NCBI GenBank assembly: GCA_046292385.1
Contig: JBKBRF010000025.1
Coordinates: 1-64,000, forward strand
From: Armatimonadota bacterium
GTDB taxonomy: Bacteria > Armatimonadota > SYMT01
Direction: 5' to 3'
Length of the DNA stretch: 64,000 nucleotides
This document shows, one piece after another, positions 52,294 to 62,025 of the stretch. How positions within the stretch are numbered: the stretch's first letter is position 1; the number at the start of each line of letters is the position of its first letter. The position numbers and the translations under genes are program-made. The notes under the pieces are model-generated. The model did not search any database, was not told the origin of the DNA, and worked only from the letters and a program-made list of their open reading frames with translations.

Positions 52294-52608
52294 CGTCGGC
52301 ACATTTTGGGTTACGGATTACCCTCGATTCGCGTTCCGCCCCGCACCAGCGCGGGGAGGTCGCGCGAAGGCGCAGCTCGCCCCTACCTGGAGGAGTCAGG
52401 AGAGCGGCCCACGGATAGCCGCAAAGAGGAAGAGCTCGTCACGCACCCGTGCGGAGCACAGGAACGGAGGCAGATTCGAGGCTTCGGCTCTCGCTTGCGC
52501 CAGTCGTGAGGGCGGTTCGGTAGGTGCGGCGCACTGACGACCCATGAGCCGGAGCGGCCCCTTCCGGGAGGGTACAGCCTGCTTCCGCCCGCCCTTTCGG
52601 CGGCGCGC

Positions 52609-53232
52609 TCACTCCGTGGCGGGCGTTCCGGCGGGGTTGAAGCGGTTCATCGCCGCCTGGAGGCCGTCGGTGACGATCGCCTCCACCGCATCGGCGGCGG
52701 CGCGGATCGAGTCCTGCACCGGCTCCAGCTCCTCGCGCGTGAACTTGCCGAGCACGTGATCGACGGTGCCGCCCTTCGGGCCGGACGGGCGGCCGACCCC
52801 CACGCGCACCCGGGGGAACTCCGTGGTGCCGAGGTGCTGGATCAGGCTCTTCAGGCCGTTGTGGCCGCCGGCGGATCCGGAGGGGCGGATGCGGATCCGG
52901 CCGGGCGGGAGGTCCATGTCGTCGACCACGACGATGATCTCTTCCGGCCGGAGCTGGAGCAGCCGCGCCAGCGGAGCCACGCTCTCGCCGGAGAGGTTCA
53001 TGTAGGTGAGCGGCTTGGCGAGGGCGACGACGGTCTCGCCGATGGCGCCGCGGCCGAAATTCGCCTGCCGCTCCACCTTACGGGTATCGATGCGGTGGCG
53101 CTCGGCGAGGAGGTCCACCACCCGGAAGCCGATGTTGTGGCGCGTGTTGTGGTACTGCGCGCCCGGGTTGCCCAGCCCCACGATCAGGTGTCGGACCGTC
53201 TCGAACGTCGGCTGCCGCCGGAAAAACCGCAT
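52609..53232 (-). CDS. pth: Peptidyl-tRNA hydrolase
   Basis: LIVGLGNPG.QY..TRHNIGF, KPLTYMNLSG, GSAGGHNGLKS. Confidence 0.97.
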   Translation of the reverse strand: MRFFRRQPTFETVRHLIVGLGNPGAQYHNTRHNIGFRVVDLLAERHRIDTRKVERQANFGRGAIGETVVALAKPLTYMNLSGESVAPLARLLQLRPEEIIVVVDDMDLPPGRIRIRPSGSAGGHNGLKSLIQHLGTTEFPRVRVGVGRPSGPKGGTVDHVLGKFTREELEPVQDSIRAAADAVEAIVTDGLQAAMNRFNPAGTPATE

Positions 53233-53245
53233 CGCCTGGCGCGCC

Positions 53246-54220
53246 TCAGAGGTACGGAAGGAAGAGCTCGCTCACGCTGGAGCCCCGATGGATGCGGTCG
53301 ATCGCCTCCGCCAGGAGCGGCGCGACGCTGAGCTGGACGAACTTGCTCTTCAGCTTGCCGTCCGGCTGCGCGATCGTGTCGGTCAGGATCACCTGCTCGA
53401 CGGCCTCGCAGTATTCCAGGCGGTCGACCGCCGGCCCGGAGAGCACGCCGTGGGTGCACGCCACCAGGATCCGGGCGGCGCCGCGCTCCTTCAGCGCCTC
53501 CACGCCGCCGATGATCGAGCCGCCGGTGTCGATCATGTCGTCGATCACGACGCAGGTCTTGCCCTGCACCTCGCCGACCACGCTCACCACCTCGCTGCGG
53601 TTCGGCTCCGGCCGGCGCTTGTGGATGATCGCCAGGCCGGCGTCGAGCTGCTGCCCCAGCGCCTGGGCACGGCCGACCCCGCCCTCGTCCGGGGAGACGA
53701 TGACGACGTTCGAGTCCTTGACGCCCTGGCTGATCAGGTAGTCCGCGATCAGCGGGCCGCCGTAGAGATGGTCGACCGGAATGGTGAAGAAGCCCTGGAT
53801 CTGCTCCGCGTGGAGGTCGATCGCCAGGACGCGGTTGGCTCCGGCCAGGGTCAGCAGGTCCGCGATCAGGCGGGCGGTAATCGGCTCGCGCGGCTTGACC
53901 TTCTTATCCTGGCGGGCGTAGCCGTAGTACGGCATCACCACCGTGATCCGCTCCGCGGATGCGCGGCGGAGGGCGTCGAGGATGATGAGCAGCTCCATCA
54001 CGTGCTCGTTCACCGGCGCCGACGTCGGCTGGATGACGAAGACATCCATGCCGCGCATGCTCTCCTCGATCTTCATCCGCACTTCGCCGTCGCTGAAGCG
54101 GGTGAGCAGCCGGCGGCACGGCTTCATGCCGAGGTGATTGGCAATCGCTTCGGCCAGCGCCTCGTGCGCGCCTCCGGAGAGCACCCGGAGGTTGTCTCCT
54201 TCAATGCCTGCGAATCCCAC
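53246..54220 (-). CDS. prs: Ribose-phosphate pyrophosphokinase
   Basis: FSDGE, PYYGYARQD, DLHAEQIQGFF, VSPD.GG, DDMIDTGGS; GTG after GGGAGG (alternative start 54271). Confidence 0.96.
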   Translation of the reverse strand: MGFAGIEGDNLRVLSGGAHEALAEAIANHLGMKPCRRLLTRFSDGEVRMKIEESMRGMDVFVIQPTSAPVNEHVMELLIILDALRRASAERITVVMPYYGYARQDKKVKPREPITARLIADLLTLAGANRVLAIDLHAEQIQGFFTIPVDHLYGGPLIADYLISQGVKDSNVVIVSPDEGGVGRAQALGQQLDAGLAIIHKRRPEPNRSEVVSVVGEVQGKTCVVIDDMIDTGGSIIGGVEALKERGAARILVACTHGVLSGPAVDRLEYCEAVEQVILTDTIAQPDGKLKSKFVQLSVAPLLAEAIDRIHRGSSVSELFLPYL

Positions 54221-54267
54221 GGTCTTGCCTCCCTCTGCGGGTGCGCTTGCGCTCTGCTGCTCCAGGA

Positions 54268-55659
54268 TCACTCTGCCCCCTCCAGCTCTCTCCGCTTCCG
54301 GGCCCAGCCGGCCTTGTTGACCTGCCGCGCCCGTCCAATGGCGAGATCGTCTGCCGGTACGTCTTCCGTCACCACGCTGCCGGCCGCCACGAAGGAGCCG
54401 TCGCCCACGGAGACCGGCGCCACCAGCGTGGCGTGGCTGCCGACGAACGCCCGCCGGCCGATCTCCGTGCGGTGCTTGTGCTTGCCGTCGTAGTTGCAGG
54501 TGATGGTGCCGGCACCGATGTTCGTCTTCTCCCCTACGAAGGCGTCGCCGATGTAGGCGAGGTGTCCCATGGAGGCGCCATCTTCCACCTCCGCCTTCTT
54601 CAGCTCCACGAAGTTCCCGATCTTGACCTTCCGGCCCACGCGGCAGCCGGGTCGGAGCTGCGCGAACGGCCCGATCTTGCACTCGTCGCCGACCGTGCTG
54701 TCGGTCAGCACCGCCTGCTGCACGGAGACCCGGTCGCCTAGGACGCAGCCGGTGATCCGGGCTCCCGGCCCGATCTCGCACTCCTCGCCGATCTCCGTCG
54801 CGCCGCTCAAGAAGGTCATCGGCCGGATCACGGTGTCGATGCCGATCCGGACGCCCGGCTCGATGTAGGTGGTGGCCGGGTCCTCGATCGTCACGCCGGC
54901 GCGCATCTGCTCCACCAGCACCCGCTTCCGGATGATGGCGGTCGCGGCGGCGAGCTCCACGCGGTCGTTAATACTCAGCCCTACCCGCGGATCGTCGGCC
55001 GTCACGCACTCCACGCGCTCTCCGCCCTCGGAGAGGAGGCGGATCACCTCGGTCAGGTAGATCTCACCGGTGGCGGCGTCCGGCTCTACCCGGGAGAGCG
55101 TTTCCCAGAGCCGGGCGGAATCGAAAACGTAGGCGCCGGCGTTGATCTCCCGGACCGCCAGCACCTCCGGCGCGGCGCCGCGCGCCTCCACGACGGCGCG
55201 GACGGAGCCGTCCTCCGCCCGGACCACTCGCCCGTAGCTGGCGGGGTCCTCCGGGGTCACCGCCAGCAGCGTGCAGGCGGCTCCGGTCTGGGCATGCCGT
55301 TCGCAGAGACGGGAGACAACCTCGTCCGTCAGCAGCGCGTTATCCGCCTGCAGCACCAGGATGGCGCCGCGGGTCTCCTCCAGGCGGGAGCGCGCCGCCA
55401 GGACCGCGTGCCCGGTGCCGCGCGGCTCCGCCTGCACCACGTGCTCCAGCTCCGGCCCCAGCGCCTCGCGCACGGCGTCCGCCTCGTGCCCCACCACCAG
55501 CACCAGCCGCGGGATCCCCAGCCGCCGGCAGATCTCCAGGGGGTAGGCGCCCATCGGCTTCCCGAGAATCCGGTGGGTCGCCTTGGGATAGCGGGACCGC
55601 ATCCGCGTACCCTTGCCGGCGGCGAGCAGCAGGGCGGCGGAAGGGGTTTGGCTGGACAT
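54268..55659 (-). CDS. glmU: Bifunctional UDP-GlcNAc pyrophosphorylase/glucosamine-1-P N-acetyltransferase
   Basis: LAAGKGTRM, GTGHAV, YGRV, EINAG.Y, GNFVE.K, HLAYIGD, NIGAGTITCNYDG. Confidence 0.96.
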   Translation of the reverse strand: MSSQTPSAALLLAAGKGTRMRSRYPKATHRILGKPMGAYPLEICRRLGIPRLVLVVGHEADAVREALGPELEHVVQAEPRGTGHAVLAARSRLEETRGAILVLQADNALLTDEVVSRLCERHAQTGAACTLLAVTPEDPASYGRVVRAEDGSVRAVVEARGAAPEVLAVREINAGAYVFDSARLWETLSRVEPDAATGEIYLTEVIRLLSEGGERVECVTADDPRVGLSINDRVELAAATAIIRKRVLVEQMRAGVTIEDPATTYIEPGVRIGIDTVIRPMTFLSGATEIGEECEIGPGARITGCVLGDRVSVQQAVLTDSTVGDECKIGPFAQLRPGCRVGRKVKIGNFVELKKAEVEDGASMGHLAYIGDAFVGEKTNIGAGTITCNYDGKHKHRTEIGRRAFVGSHATLVAPVSVGDGSFVAAGSVVTEDVPADDLAIGRARQVNKAGWARKRRELEGAE

Positions 55660-55981
55660 GAGCGCGTTCTCCGCGGTCGGAACTCGGCGCCATCCAGGGG
55701 GCGTGCCGCCGGTCGCAGCGCGACGGCCCGGCGGCGACAGTACCGCTTCACCACCGCCAGCGCAGGGTGGCGCGACGGCACCCCACGGCTGCGACGTGGA
55801 GAGTGTATCACCCGGGCCGAGACATCCGCCAAGCGCGCGGCCGGGCCGAGAGGAGGGCGCCGCCGGGAGCCGGGCGAGCGAGACCGCCGGCTCGCCGCAC
55901 GCGCGCAGCCAGGGCTGCCAGTCCCGGGCGGCTCCGGGACGGTGCGGACGACGAGAGCGGCGGCCTCGCGGGAATCTGGCG

Positions 55982-56518
55982 CTACTTCGGGGAGAGCAGC
56001 ATCGTCATCCGGCGGCCTTCCAGCACCGGAGGGCGCTCCACCACGGCGACGTCGGCCAGCGCCGTGGTCAACCGCTCCATCTGCTTCCGGGCAACCTCGG
56101 GATGGCTCATCTCGCGACCGCGGAAGATCAGGGTCACCTGGACCTTGTTGCCTTCCTCGATGAAGCGGCGCGCGTCCTTCACGCGGTACTCGATGTCGTG
56201 CTCTTCCGTGCCGTACCGCATGCGGATGCCCTTCACGTCGACCGTGTGGGACTTCTTCTTGGTCTCGCGCTGCTTCTTGGCCTGGTCGTACTTGTACTTC
56301 CCATAGTCCAGGATGCGGCAGACCGGGGGTTGGGCCGTCGGCGAGATCTCGACCAGGTCGAGCCCCTGGTCCTGCGCGAGCTGGAGCGCGCGGCGCGTCT
56401 CCATCACGCCGAGCTGGTTGCCCTCCGCGTCGATGACGCGGACTTCCGGCACACGAATGCGGAAGTTGAGACGTGGCCCCATGTCGCGCGGGCCGCGTCG
56501 ATCGTTGAAGCGGTTGAT
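55982..56518 (-). CDS. infC: Translation initiation factor IF-3 (predicted ATC start)
   Basis: N.RIR..EVRVI, LDLVEISP...PPVC.I.DYGK..Y, FRGRE; AAGGAAGG RBS 6 nt before ATC. Confidence 0.95.
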   Translation of the reverse strand: MNRFNDRRGPRDMGPRLNFRIRVPEVRVIDAEGNQLGVMETRRALQLAQDQGLDLVEISPTAQPPVCRILDYGKYKYDQAKKQRETKKKSHTVDVKGIRMRYGTEEHDIEYRVKDARRFIEEGNKVQVTLIFRGREMSHPEVARKQMERLTTALADVAVVERPPVLEGRRMTMLLSPK

Positions 56519-56760
56519 AGGTGACCTTCCTTTTTCGACCGCCGCGACCGATATCGCGGCGGGGAACCACTCCGCACACGCCCCAGGGCGGTGCGGACAA
56601 CGGAGAGAGCTATCGATAGCGTTGCACTCTCTCCTACCCGGAATCCTTCCGAATCCCGCCCCAAAACGGGGCAGAAAACCGGGAAGAGTATAGCGTAGCC
56701 TTCTTTCAGCCGCAATGGCCTGGCAGCGGCCTCTTCTCACTGCGAAGGCGTGTCCGAACG

Positions 56761-56796
56761 AACGCGAAGGCGCGAAGATGGCGAAGGACGCGAAGG
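56761..56796 (+). repeat. Solo 8/9-mer tandem array (CGCGAAGG-like)
   Basis: AACGCGAAGGCGCGAAGATGGCGAAGGACGCGAAGG. Confidence 0.55.
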
Positions 56797-56843
56797 GAAC
56801 CGCAACGGACCAGTGCGGCTGCGCGGAGATAGGATGGTTCCTG

Positions 56844-56892
56844 AGCCCGCGCAGGCGGGCTTCGCTCTGAGTAGCGCCGAGTTTACTCGCGC
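56844..56892. repeat. REP-like double hairpin
   Basis: AGCCCGC-gcag-GCGGGCT followed by GTAG-CGCCGAGT-tt-ACTCGCGC. Confidence 0.55.
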
Positions 56893-56931
56893 GAGCCGAC
56901 GCATTCCGGCGGACACTTCCCCCGTTCGCGA

Positions 56932-58044
56932 TCAGAACCGCGTGAGCCGGAATCGGGAGAGGTCGTGGCCCGGGTCGGCGTCTTCGGCCAGGCGCGCGGC
57001 GATCTGCCCCAGCAGCACGGTGAACTTGAAGCCGTGGCCGGAAAGCCCGCCGATGAAGACCACCCGGGGCTCTCCCGGGAGCCGGTCGACGATGAAGTCC
57101 TCGTCCGGCGTCATCGTGTAGAGACAGACCTTGCTGAACGTCACCGGCCCGTCCGCCCCGGGAAGACGGCGCCGGACGTAGCGCCGCAGGTCGTCGTTGA
57201 CCTCCGACCGGGGCTCGCGGTCCGGGGAGTCCGGATCGAGTGGCGGGCCGGGCCGGTGTAGGGCGACCTTGACCCCGGGAATCACCCCGTCCAGCGGAAA
57301 GCCGTAGTAGTGGCTCTCCATGTCGATCCAGACCGGGAACCGGTCGGACTCGAACGCCCCCGCGTGAACGCCCGGCTCGAAATGGGCGTACTGCTGCCGC
57401 GTGGGCGTCAGGGGCAGCCGCACGCGGTCCGCGAGCAGCGGCCCGGTCCAGGGCCCGGCCGTAGCGACCACGCGGTCGAACTCCTCGCCCCCGCCGTCCC
57501 AGCTGAGCCGCACGCCGCTCGTCCCGCTCTCGATCGCTTCCACCGCCACTCCGAAGCGCAGCTCCGCTCCGTGAGCCCGAGCGCCCCGCGCGTTGGTCTG
57601 CACGCAGCGGGAAGCGCGCACGAAGCCGCTCTGGGCGTCGAAAAGCGCGTACTCCGCGGAGGAGAGGCGGAACGGCGGGACGCGCTCCTGGGCGTCGCGG
57701 GCGCTCAGCCGCTCGTACGGCACGCCGACGGTCCGGAGCGCCGCCTCGGTCGCCGCCATCTCGGGGTGGCCTTCGGTACCGAAGTAGAGGCCTCCACAGC
57801 GCCGGAACAGCTCCTCCCCCGCCTCGCGCTCCAGCTCTTCCCACAGCGGGTAGGCCGCCTCCATCAGCGCGGCGTAGAGCGGGTCCGGGTAGACCTTGCG
57901 GATCACGCGCGAGGCGCCGAACGAGCTGCCGCGGTCGTGGTCGAGCTCGAATTGCTCGAACCCGACCACGCGGTGTCCCCCCGCCGCCAGGAAGCGGGCC
58001 GCGGCGGTGCCGACGCCTCCCAGGCCTAGAATCGCCACGCGCAT
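56932..58044 (-). CDS. solA: FAD-dependent monomeric sarcosine/N-methyltryptophan oxidase family
   Basis: ILGLGGVG, GSSFG.SRVIR, TAGPW, CLYTMTPD.DFI.D, GLSGHGFKF. Confidence 0.85.
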   Translation of the reverse strand: MRVAILGLGGVGTAAARFLAAGGHRVVGFEQFELDHDRGSSFGASRVIRKVYPDPLYAALMEAAYPLWEELEREAGEELFRRCGGLYFGTEGHPEMAATEAALRTVGVPYERLSARDAQERVPPFRLSSAEYALFDAQSGFVRASRCVQTNARGARAHGAELRFGVAVEAIESGTSGVRLSWDGGGEEFDRVVATAGPWTGPLLADRVRLPLTPTRQQYAHFEPGVHAGAFESDRFPVWIDMESHYYGFPLDGVIPGVKVALHRPGPPLDPDSPDREPRSEVNDDLRRYVRRRLPGADGPVTFSKVCLYTMTPDEDFIVDRLPGEPRVVFIGGLSGHGFKFTVLLGQIAARLAEDADPGHDLSRFRLTRF

Positions 58045-58135
58045 GGTAGGAACACTCCAGGCTGCCGCCATCCTGCTCCGGCTGCGCAGAACCGGGCGGG
58101 GGCGGGTAACATGGCAGACGGTGAGACAAGAACGG

Positions 58136-58885
58136 ATGCGGGTCCTTACCTATAATATCGCCGGCAACCGGGGCCGCGGCCGGGAGCACCTGGAGCAGGT
58201 AGCCGAGCTGGTGCTGCGGACCGGAGCGGACCTGGTGGGTCTGCAGGAAGTGATTCACCGGAACGGTCACGCGGCCCCCGAGGAAGAGCTGGCCCAGATG
58301 ACGGGGATGCACGCCTGCTACCTGCCGGCGCACCAGCACCGCCGCTACACGCTGGGCAACGCGGTCCTCTGCCGGGACCCGATCCTGAAAACCGTCTCTC
58401 ACGACCTGCCCCACCCCTGGCCGGAGCGCCGGGTGCTGCTGGAAGTGGAGACCACGGCGCACGGCCTCCCGGTGACGGTCTTCTGCACCCACCTGGTGCA
58501 CATGGCGCGGGTGGCGCGCCGCTTCCGGCTGGCGCAGGCGACCGCGGTGGCGAAACGGATGTCCGAATGCTGGCGCCCCCACGTGCTGGTGGGCGACCTC
58601 AATACCGCGCCGCACTCGCACGAGCTGCACCCGGTGCGGGAGCTGGGCGGCGTGGACGATCACCTGGCCGGCCTCTCCACCTGGCCGGCGCGCCGCCCCT
58701 GGGTCCTGTACGACCATATCTGGCCCGGACCCGGGTGGGCGGTCGAGCAGATCGAGGCGCTGGATCCGCACCTCTCGGACCACCGCCCGCTGCTGGCGCA
58801 GCTCGGCTGGAAAGGCGCGCCGAAGTACAACATCATGCCGGACGCGCAGTACCTGCCGCCGCGCCCGGCGCACGTGGAGCGATAG
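58136..58885 (+). CDS. Endonuclease/exonuclease/phosphatase family protein
   Basis: LTYNI, GLQEV, GNAVL, CTHL, GDLN, YDHI, SDH.P. Confidence 0.9.
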   Translation: MRVLTYNIAGNRGRGREHLEQVAELVLRTGADLVGLQEVIHRNGHAAPEEELAQMTGMHACYLPAHQHRRYTLGNAVLCRDPILKTVSHDLPHPWPERRVLLEVETTAHGLPVTVFCTHLVHMARVARRFRLAQATAVAKRMSECWRPHVLVGDLNTAPHSHELHPVRELGGVDDHLAGLSTWPARRPWVLYDHIWPGPGWAVEQIEALDPHLSDHRPLLAQLGWKGAPKYNIMPDAQYLPPRPAHVER

Positions 58886-58888
58886 GCC

Positions 58889-59656
58889 GTGCCCCCCGGC
58901 GGTGCAGGCGCGCTCACCCTCACGCTCGGCGGCAACGCGGCGGTGCTGCTGCAGGCGGACAATCTGCGGGTGGCGACCGATCCGTGGCTCTCCGACCGCA
59001 TCGGGCCCTGGAGCCGCTGGCGACCCGCGGGTCTCCGGCCGGAGGAGCTCGCCCCTCTCGATGCCCTGCTGATCTCTCACGCCCACCCGGACCACCTCGA
59101 CCTGCGCTCCCTGCGCGACCTGCCGCCCGAGACGCCGGTCCTTACCCCGGGCGGCACGCCGCTCCGCGCGCTCACCCGCGCCGGGTTCCGGAACGTCTTC
59201 CCGCAGCGGGAGTGGGAGCCGTGGGAGCGGGAGCGGCTGCGAGTCACCGCGGTGCCCTCGATCCACACGCGCTGGTCGCTCGGCTACGTGGTCGAGCTTG
59301 GCGGCACCCGCGTCTACTTCGCCGGCGACGCTGGACCCGGCACGCCGTTCGGCGAGATCGCCCGGCGCTGCGGCCCGATCGACGTGGCGCTGATCCCGGT
59401 CGGCGGCTCCGCCCTCGCGCCCGGCCCGTTCCAGCGCCACCTGACCCCCCGCATGGCCGCGGAGGCGACCGCCGAGCTGCGGCCGTCCGTCGTCGTTCCG
59501 ATGCACTGGGGGCACGTCCCCTGCGTCCCCGCCTGGCTCGACCGCTTCCGCGGCACCGCCGAGCGGTTCCGGACGGAGCTGGAAGCGCGCTCCCTCGAGA
59601 CTCGCCTGCTGCTGCCCGAAGAGGGCGTGCCGACCCCGGTTCCGCTGCGGAGATGA
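58889..59656 (+). CDS. MBL-fold metallo-hydrolase
   Basis: TDPWLS, ISHAHPDHLD, YFAGD, PMHWG. Confidence 0.88.
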   Translation: MPPGGAGALTLTLGGNAAVLLQADNLRVATDPWLSDRIGPWSRWRPAGLRPEELAPLDALLISHAHPDHLDLRSLRDLPPETPVLTPGGTPLRALTRAGFRNVFPQREWEPWERERLRVTAVPSIHTRWSLGYVVELGGTRVYFAGDAGPGTPFGEIARRCGPIDVALIPVGGSALAPGPFQRHLTPRMAAEATAELRPSVVVPMHWGHVPCVPAWLDRFRGTAERFRTELEARSLETRLLLPEEGVPTPVPLRR

Positions 59657-59889
59657 GCCGCAGTCAACTCACCCGTCGGCGGCCGGGTCACGTCCGGGAT
59701 CGCGGGCGCACCGCAGCAGCTCCACCTCTTCCTTGAAACGGAACCCTGTGGAGCGAAGCCTGAGGGGCGAGCAGGGGGTATTCTGAGAAACGGCGGCGGG
59801 GCTGAGCTGCGTAAAGGATTTTGGGGTGCGGCCGGCGGCCCGTCAACCAACTCTCAACCGACTGCCGGCGCGGCGGCGGGTCTATCTGC

Positions 59890-59918
59890 TTGACCCCCTG
59901 GCCGCGGGTCAATAGAGT
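59890..59918 (+). promoter_or_regulatory. Putative sigma70 promoter with palindromic operator
   Basis: TTGACC-17 nt-TAGAGT; TTGACCC-N9-GGGTCAA overlaps the -35 and spacer. Confidence 0.6.
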
Positions 59919-59964
59919 GGTAGCGGTAGGGCTGCCGCCCGACCGGTCCCGAGGAGTTTTCCGG

Positions 59965-61950
59965 ATGGCGATTCGACCTGCGCTCCTTACGCTTTCGCTG
60001 GTGATCACGCCGGCGCTGGTGATCTACGCGGCCGAGCCGGTCGGCAGCAAGCCTGCCGCCGCCAAAAAGGCGGCGAAGCCCGCGGCGAGCGAGCCGAAGG
60101 CGAAGAAGGTCGACTTCGCTCGCGACGTCACCGCGGTGCTCAAGAAGTACTGCTACAGCTGCCACAACTCGAAGCAGGAGATCGCCAGCGTCAACCTGGA
60201 GCTGCTCACCTCGCAGAAGTCGCTCGCCGAGAAGCGCGACGTCTGGGAGAAGGTGCTCCACGTGATGAAGGCGAGCACCATGCCGCCTCGCAACCTGCCG
60301 CAGCCGACCAAGGCGGAGCGGGAGCGCCTCTCCACCTGGCTCGACGCGCAGCTCTTCGCCGTCAACTGCGACCTGAAGGACCCGGGCCGGGTCACGATGC
60401 GGCGCCTCAACCGCGTGGAGTACGACAACACGGTCCGCGACCTGACCGGTCTCGACGTGAAGCCGTCCGAGCTCTTCCCCTCCGACGACGTCGGCTACGG
60501 CTTCGACAACATCGGCGACGTGCTCACCATCTCGCCGCTGCTGATGGAGAAGTACCTGAACGCGGCGGAGGAGATCGCCGACCGGGCGATCGTCACGCCC
60601 GAGTCCCGCGGCGGCAAGCTGCCGGCGGAGCTGCCGGAATCCCACAGGCGGATCATCACCACCGCCGCCGCGCCGGACGCCTCGCTGGACGACAAGAAGA
60701 AGGCGGCGCGCGCCTCCCTGGCGGAGTTCGGCCGCCGCGCCTACCGCCGCCCGCTGCAGGACGGCGAGCTGGACCGCCTGGTCAAGATCGTCGAGCTCTC
60801 GGTCAAGGACGGCGACAGCTTCGAGCGCGGAATGCAGCTCGCCACGCAGGCGGTGCTCGTCTCCCCGCACTTCCTCTTCCGGGTGGAGCTGGACGGTAAG
60901 GACAAGGATCCGGCTAAGGCGCGCGACCTGAACGGCTACGAGCTGGCGAGCCGCCTCTCCTACTTCCTCTGGAGCACCATGCCGGACGACGAGCTGTTCC
61001 GGCTGGCGGAGAGCGGCACGCTGACCCAGCCGAAGGTGCTGGAAGCCCAGGTCCGCCGCATGCTCGCGCACGAGAAGGCGTGGGCGCTGGTGGAGAACTT
61101 CGGCGAGCAGTGGCTGACGCTGCGGACGCTGAAGACCGCCAGCCCGGACCCGAAGCAGTTCCCCACCTTCAACGACCAGCTCCGGGACGCGATGCTGACC
61201 GAGACGCACATGTTCTTCCAGTCGATCCTGAAGGAAGACAAGAGCGTCCTCGACTTCATCGACGGCAACTACACCTACCTGAACGAGCCGCTCGCGAAGC
61301 ACTACGGCATCGACTTCGTGAAGGGCGACCACTTCCGCAAGGTGGTGCTCACCAACGACCAGCGCCGCGGCGTGCTGACCCAGGCGAGCATCCTCACCAT
61401 CACCTCCAACCCGACGCGGACCTCGCCGGTGAAGCGCGGCAAGTGGGTGCTGGAGCAGATCCTCGGCACCCCGCCGCCCCCGCCGCCGCCGAACGTGCCG
61501 GAGCTGGAAGAGGCGAAGGAAGGCCAGGTGCTGAAGGGCACGCTGCGCGAGCGGATGGAGCAGCACCGGGCGGACCCCGGCTGCGCTTCCTGCCACTTGC
61601 GGATGGACGCACTCGGATTCGGGCTGGAGAACTTCGACCCGATCGGCGCGTGGCGTGAAAAGGATGGCGAGGACCCGATCGACGCCTCCGGCACGCTTCC
61701 GTCCGGCGAGGAGTTCAAGACGCCGGTCGAGCTGATCCAGATCCTCAAGGGCGAGAAGGAGCAGTTCGTCACCCACCTCGCCGGCCAGCTCCTCACGTTC
61801 GGCCTCGGCCGCGGCCTGGAGTACTACGACCGCTGCGCCGTCGACGAGATGGTGGCGAAGGCCGCCAAGGATAACTACCGCTTCTCCACCCTCATCATGG
61901 AGATCGTCAAGAGCGACCCGTTCCGGAAGAAGCGGGGAGACGGGAATTAA
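59965..61950 (+). CDS. Cytochrome c + DUF1587/DUF1595/DUF1592/DUF1588/DUF1585 protein
   Basis: CYSCH, RRLNRVEYDNTVRDL, YGFDNIG, LASRLSYFLWS.MPD, TSPVKRGKWV, CASCH. Confidence 0.92.
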   Translation: MAIRPALLTLSLVITPALVIYAAEPVGSKPAAAKKAAKPAASEPKAKKVDFARDVTAVLKKYCYSCHNSKQEIASVNLELLTSQKSLAEKRDVWEKVLHVMKASTMPPRNLPQPTKAERERLSTWLDAQLFAVNCDLKDPGRVTMRRLNRVEYDNTVRDLTGLDVKPSELFPSDDVGYGFDNIGDVLTISPLLMEKYLNAAEEIADRAIVTPESRGGKLPAELPESHRRIITTAAAPDASLDDKKKAARASLAEFGRRAYRRPLQDGELDRLVKIVELSVKDGDSFERGMQLATQAVLVSPHFLFRVELDGKDKDPAKARDLNGYELASRLSYFLWSTMPDDELFRLAESGTLTQPKVLEAQVRRMLAHEKAWALVENFGEQWLTLRTLKTASPDPKQFPTFNDQLRDAMLTETHMFFQSILKEDKSVLDFIDGNYTYLNEPLAKHYGIDFVKGDHFRKVVLTNDQRRGVLTQASILTITSNPTRTSPVKRGKWVLEQILGTPPPPPPPNVPELEEAKEGQVLKGTLRERMEQHRADPGCASCHLRMDALGFGLENFDPIGAWREKDGEDPIDASGTLPSGEEFKTPVELIQILKGEKEQFVTHLAGQLLTFGLGRGLEYYDRCAVDEMVAKAAKDNYRFSTLIMEIVKSDPFRKKRGDGN

Positions 61951-62003
61951 AGGCAAAAGGCTAAAGGCAGAAGGCTAAAGGGGCTGAAGGCAGAGGCTGA
62001 AGG
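61949..62003 (+). repeat. Solo heptamer tandem array (RAAGGCW)
   Basis: AAAGGCA AAAGGCT AAAGGCA GAAGGCT AAAGG..., starting in the stop codon. Confidence 0.75.
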
Positions 62004-62025
62004 TTCACGCCCGCCGGAACCGCTG

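Noticed and set aside
55660..55981. Possible tRNA upstream of glmU
   Set aside because: No cloverleaf or TTCGA T-loop on either strand
55982..59515. 1177-aa ORF ending in IF-3
   Set aside because: Only the last ~178 codons are IF-3; the rest is read-through overlapping three real genes
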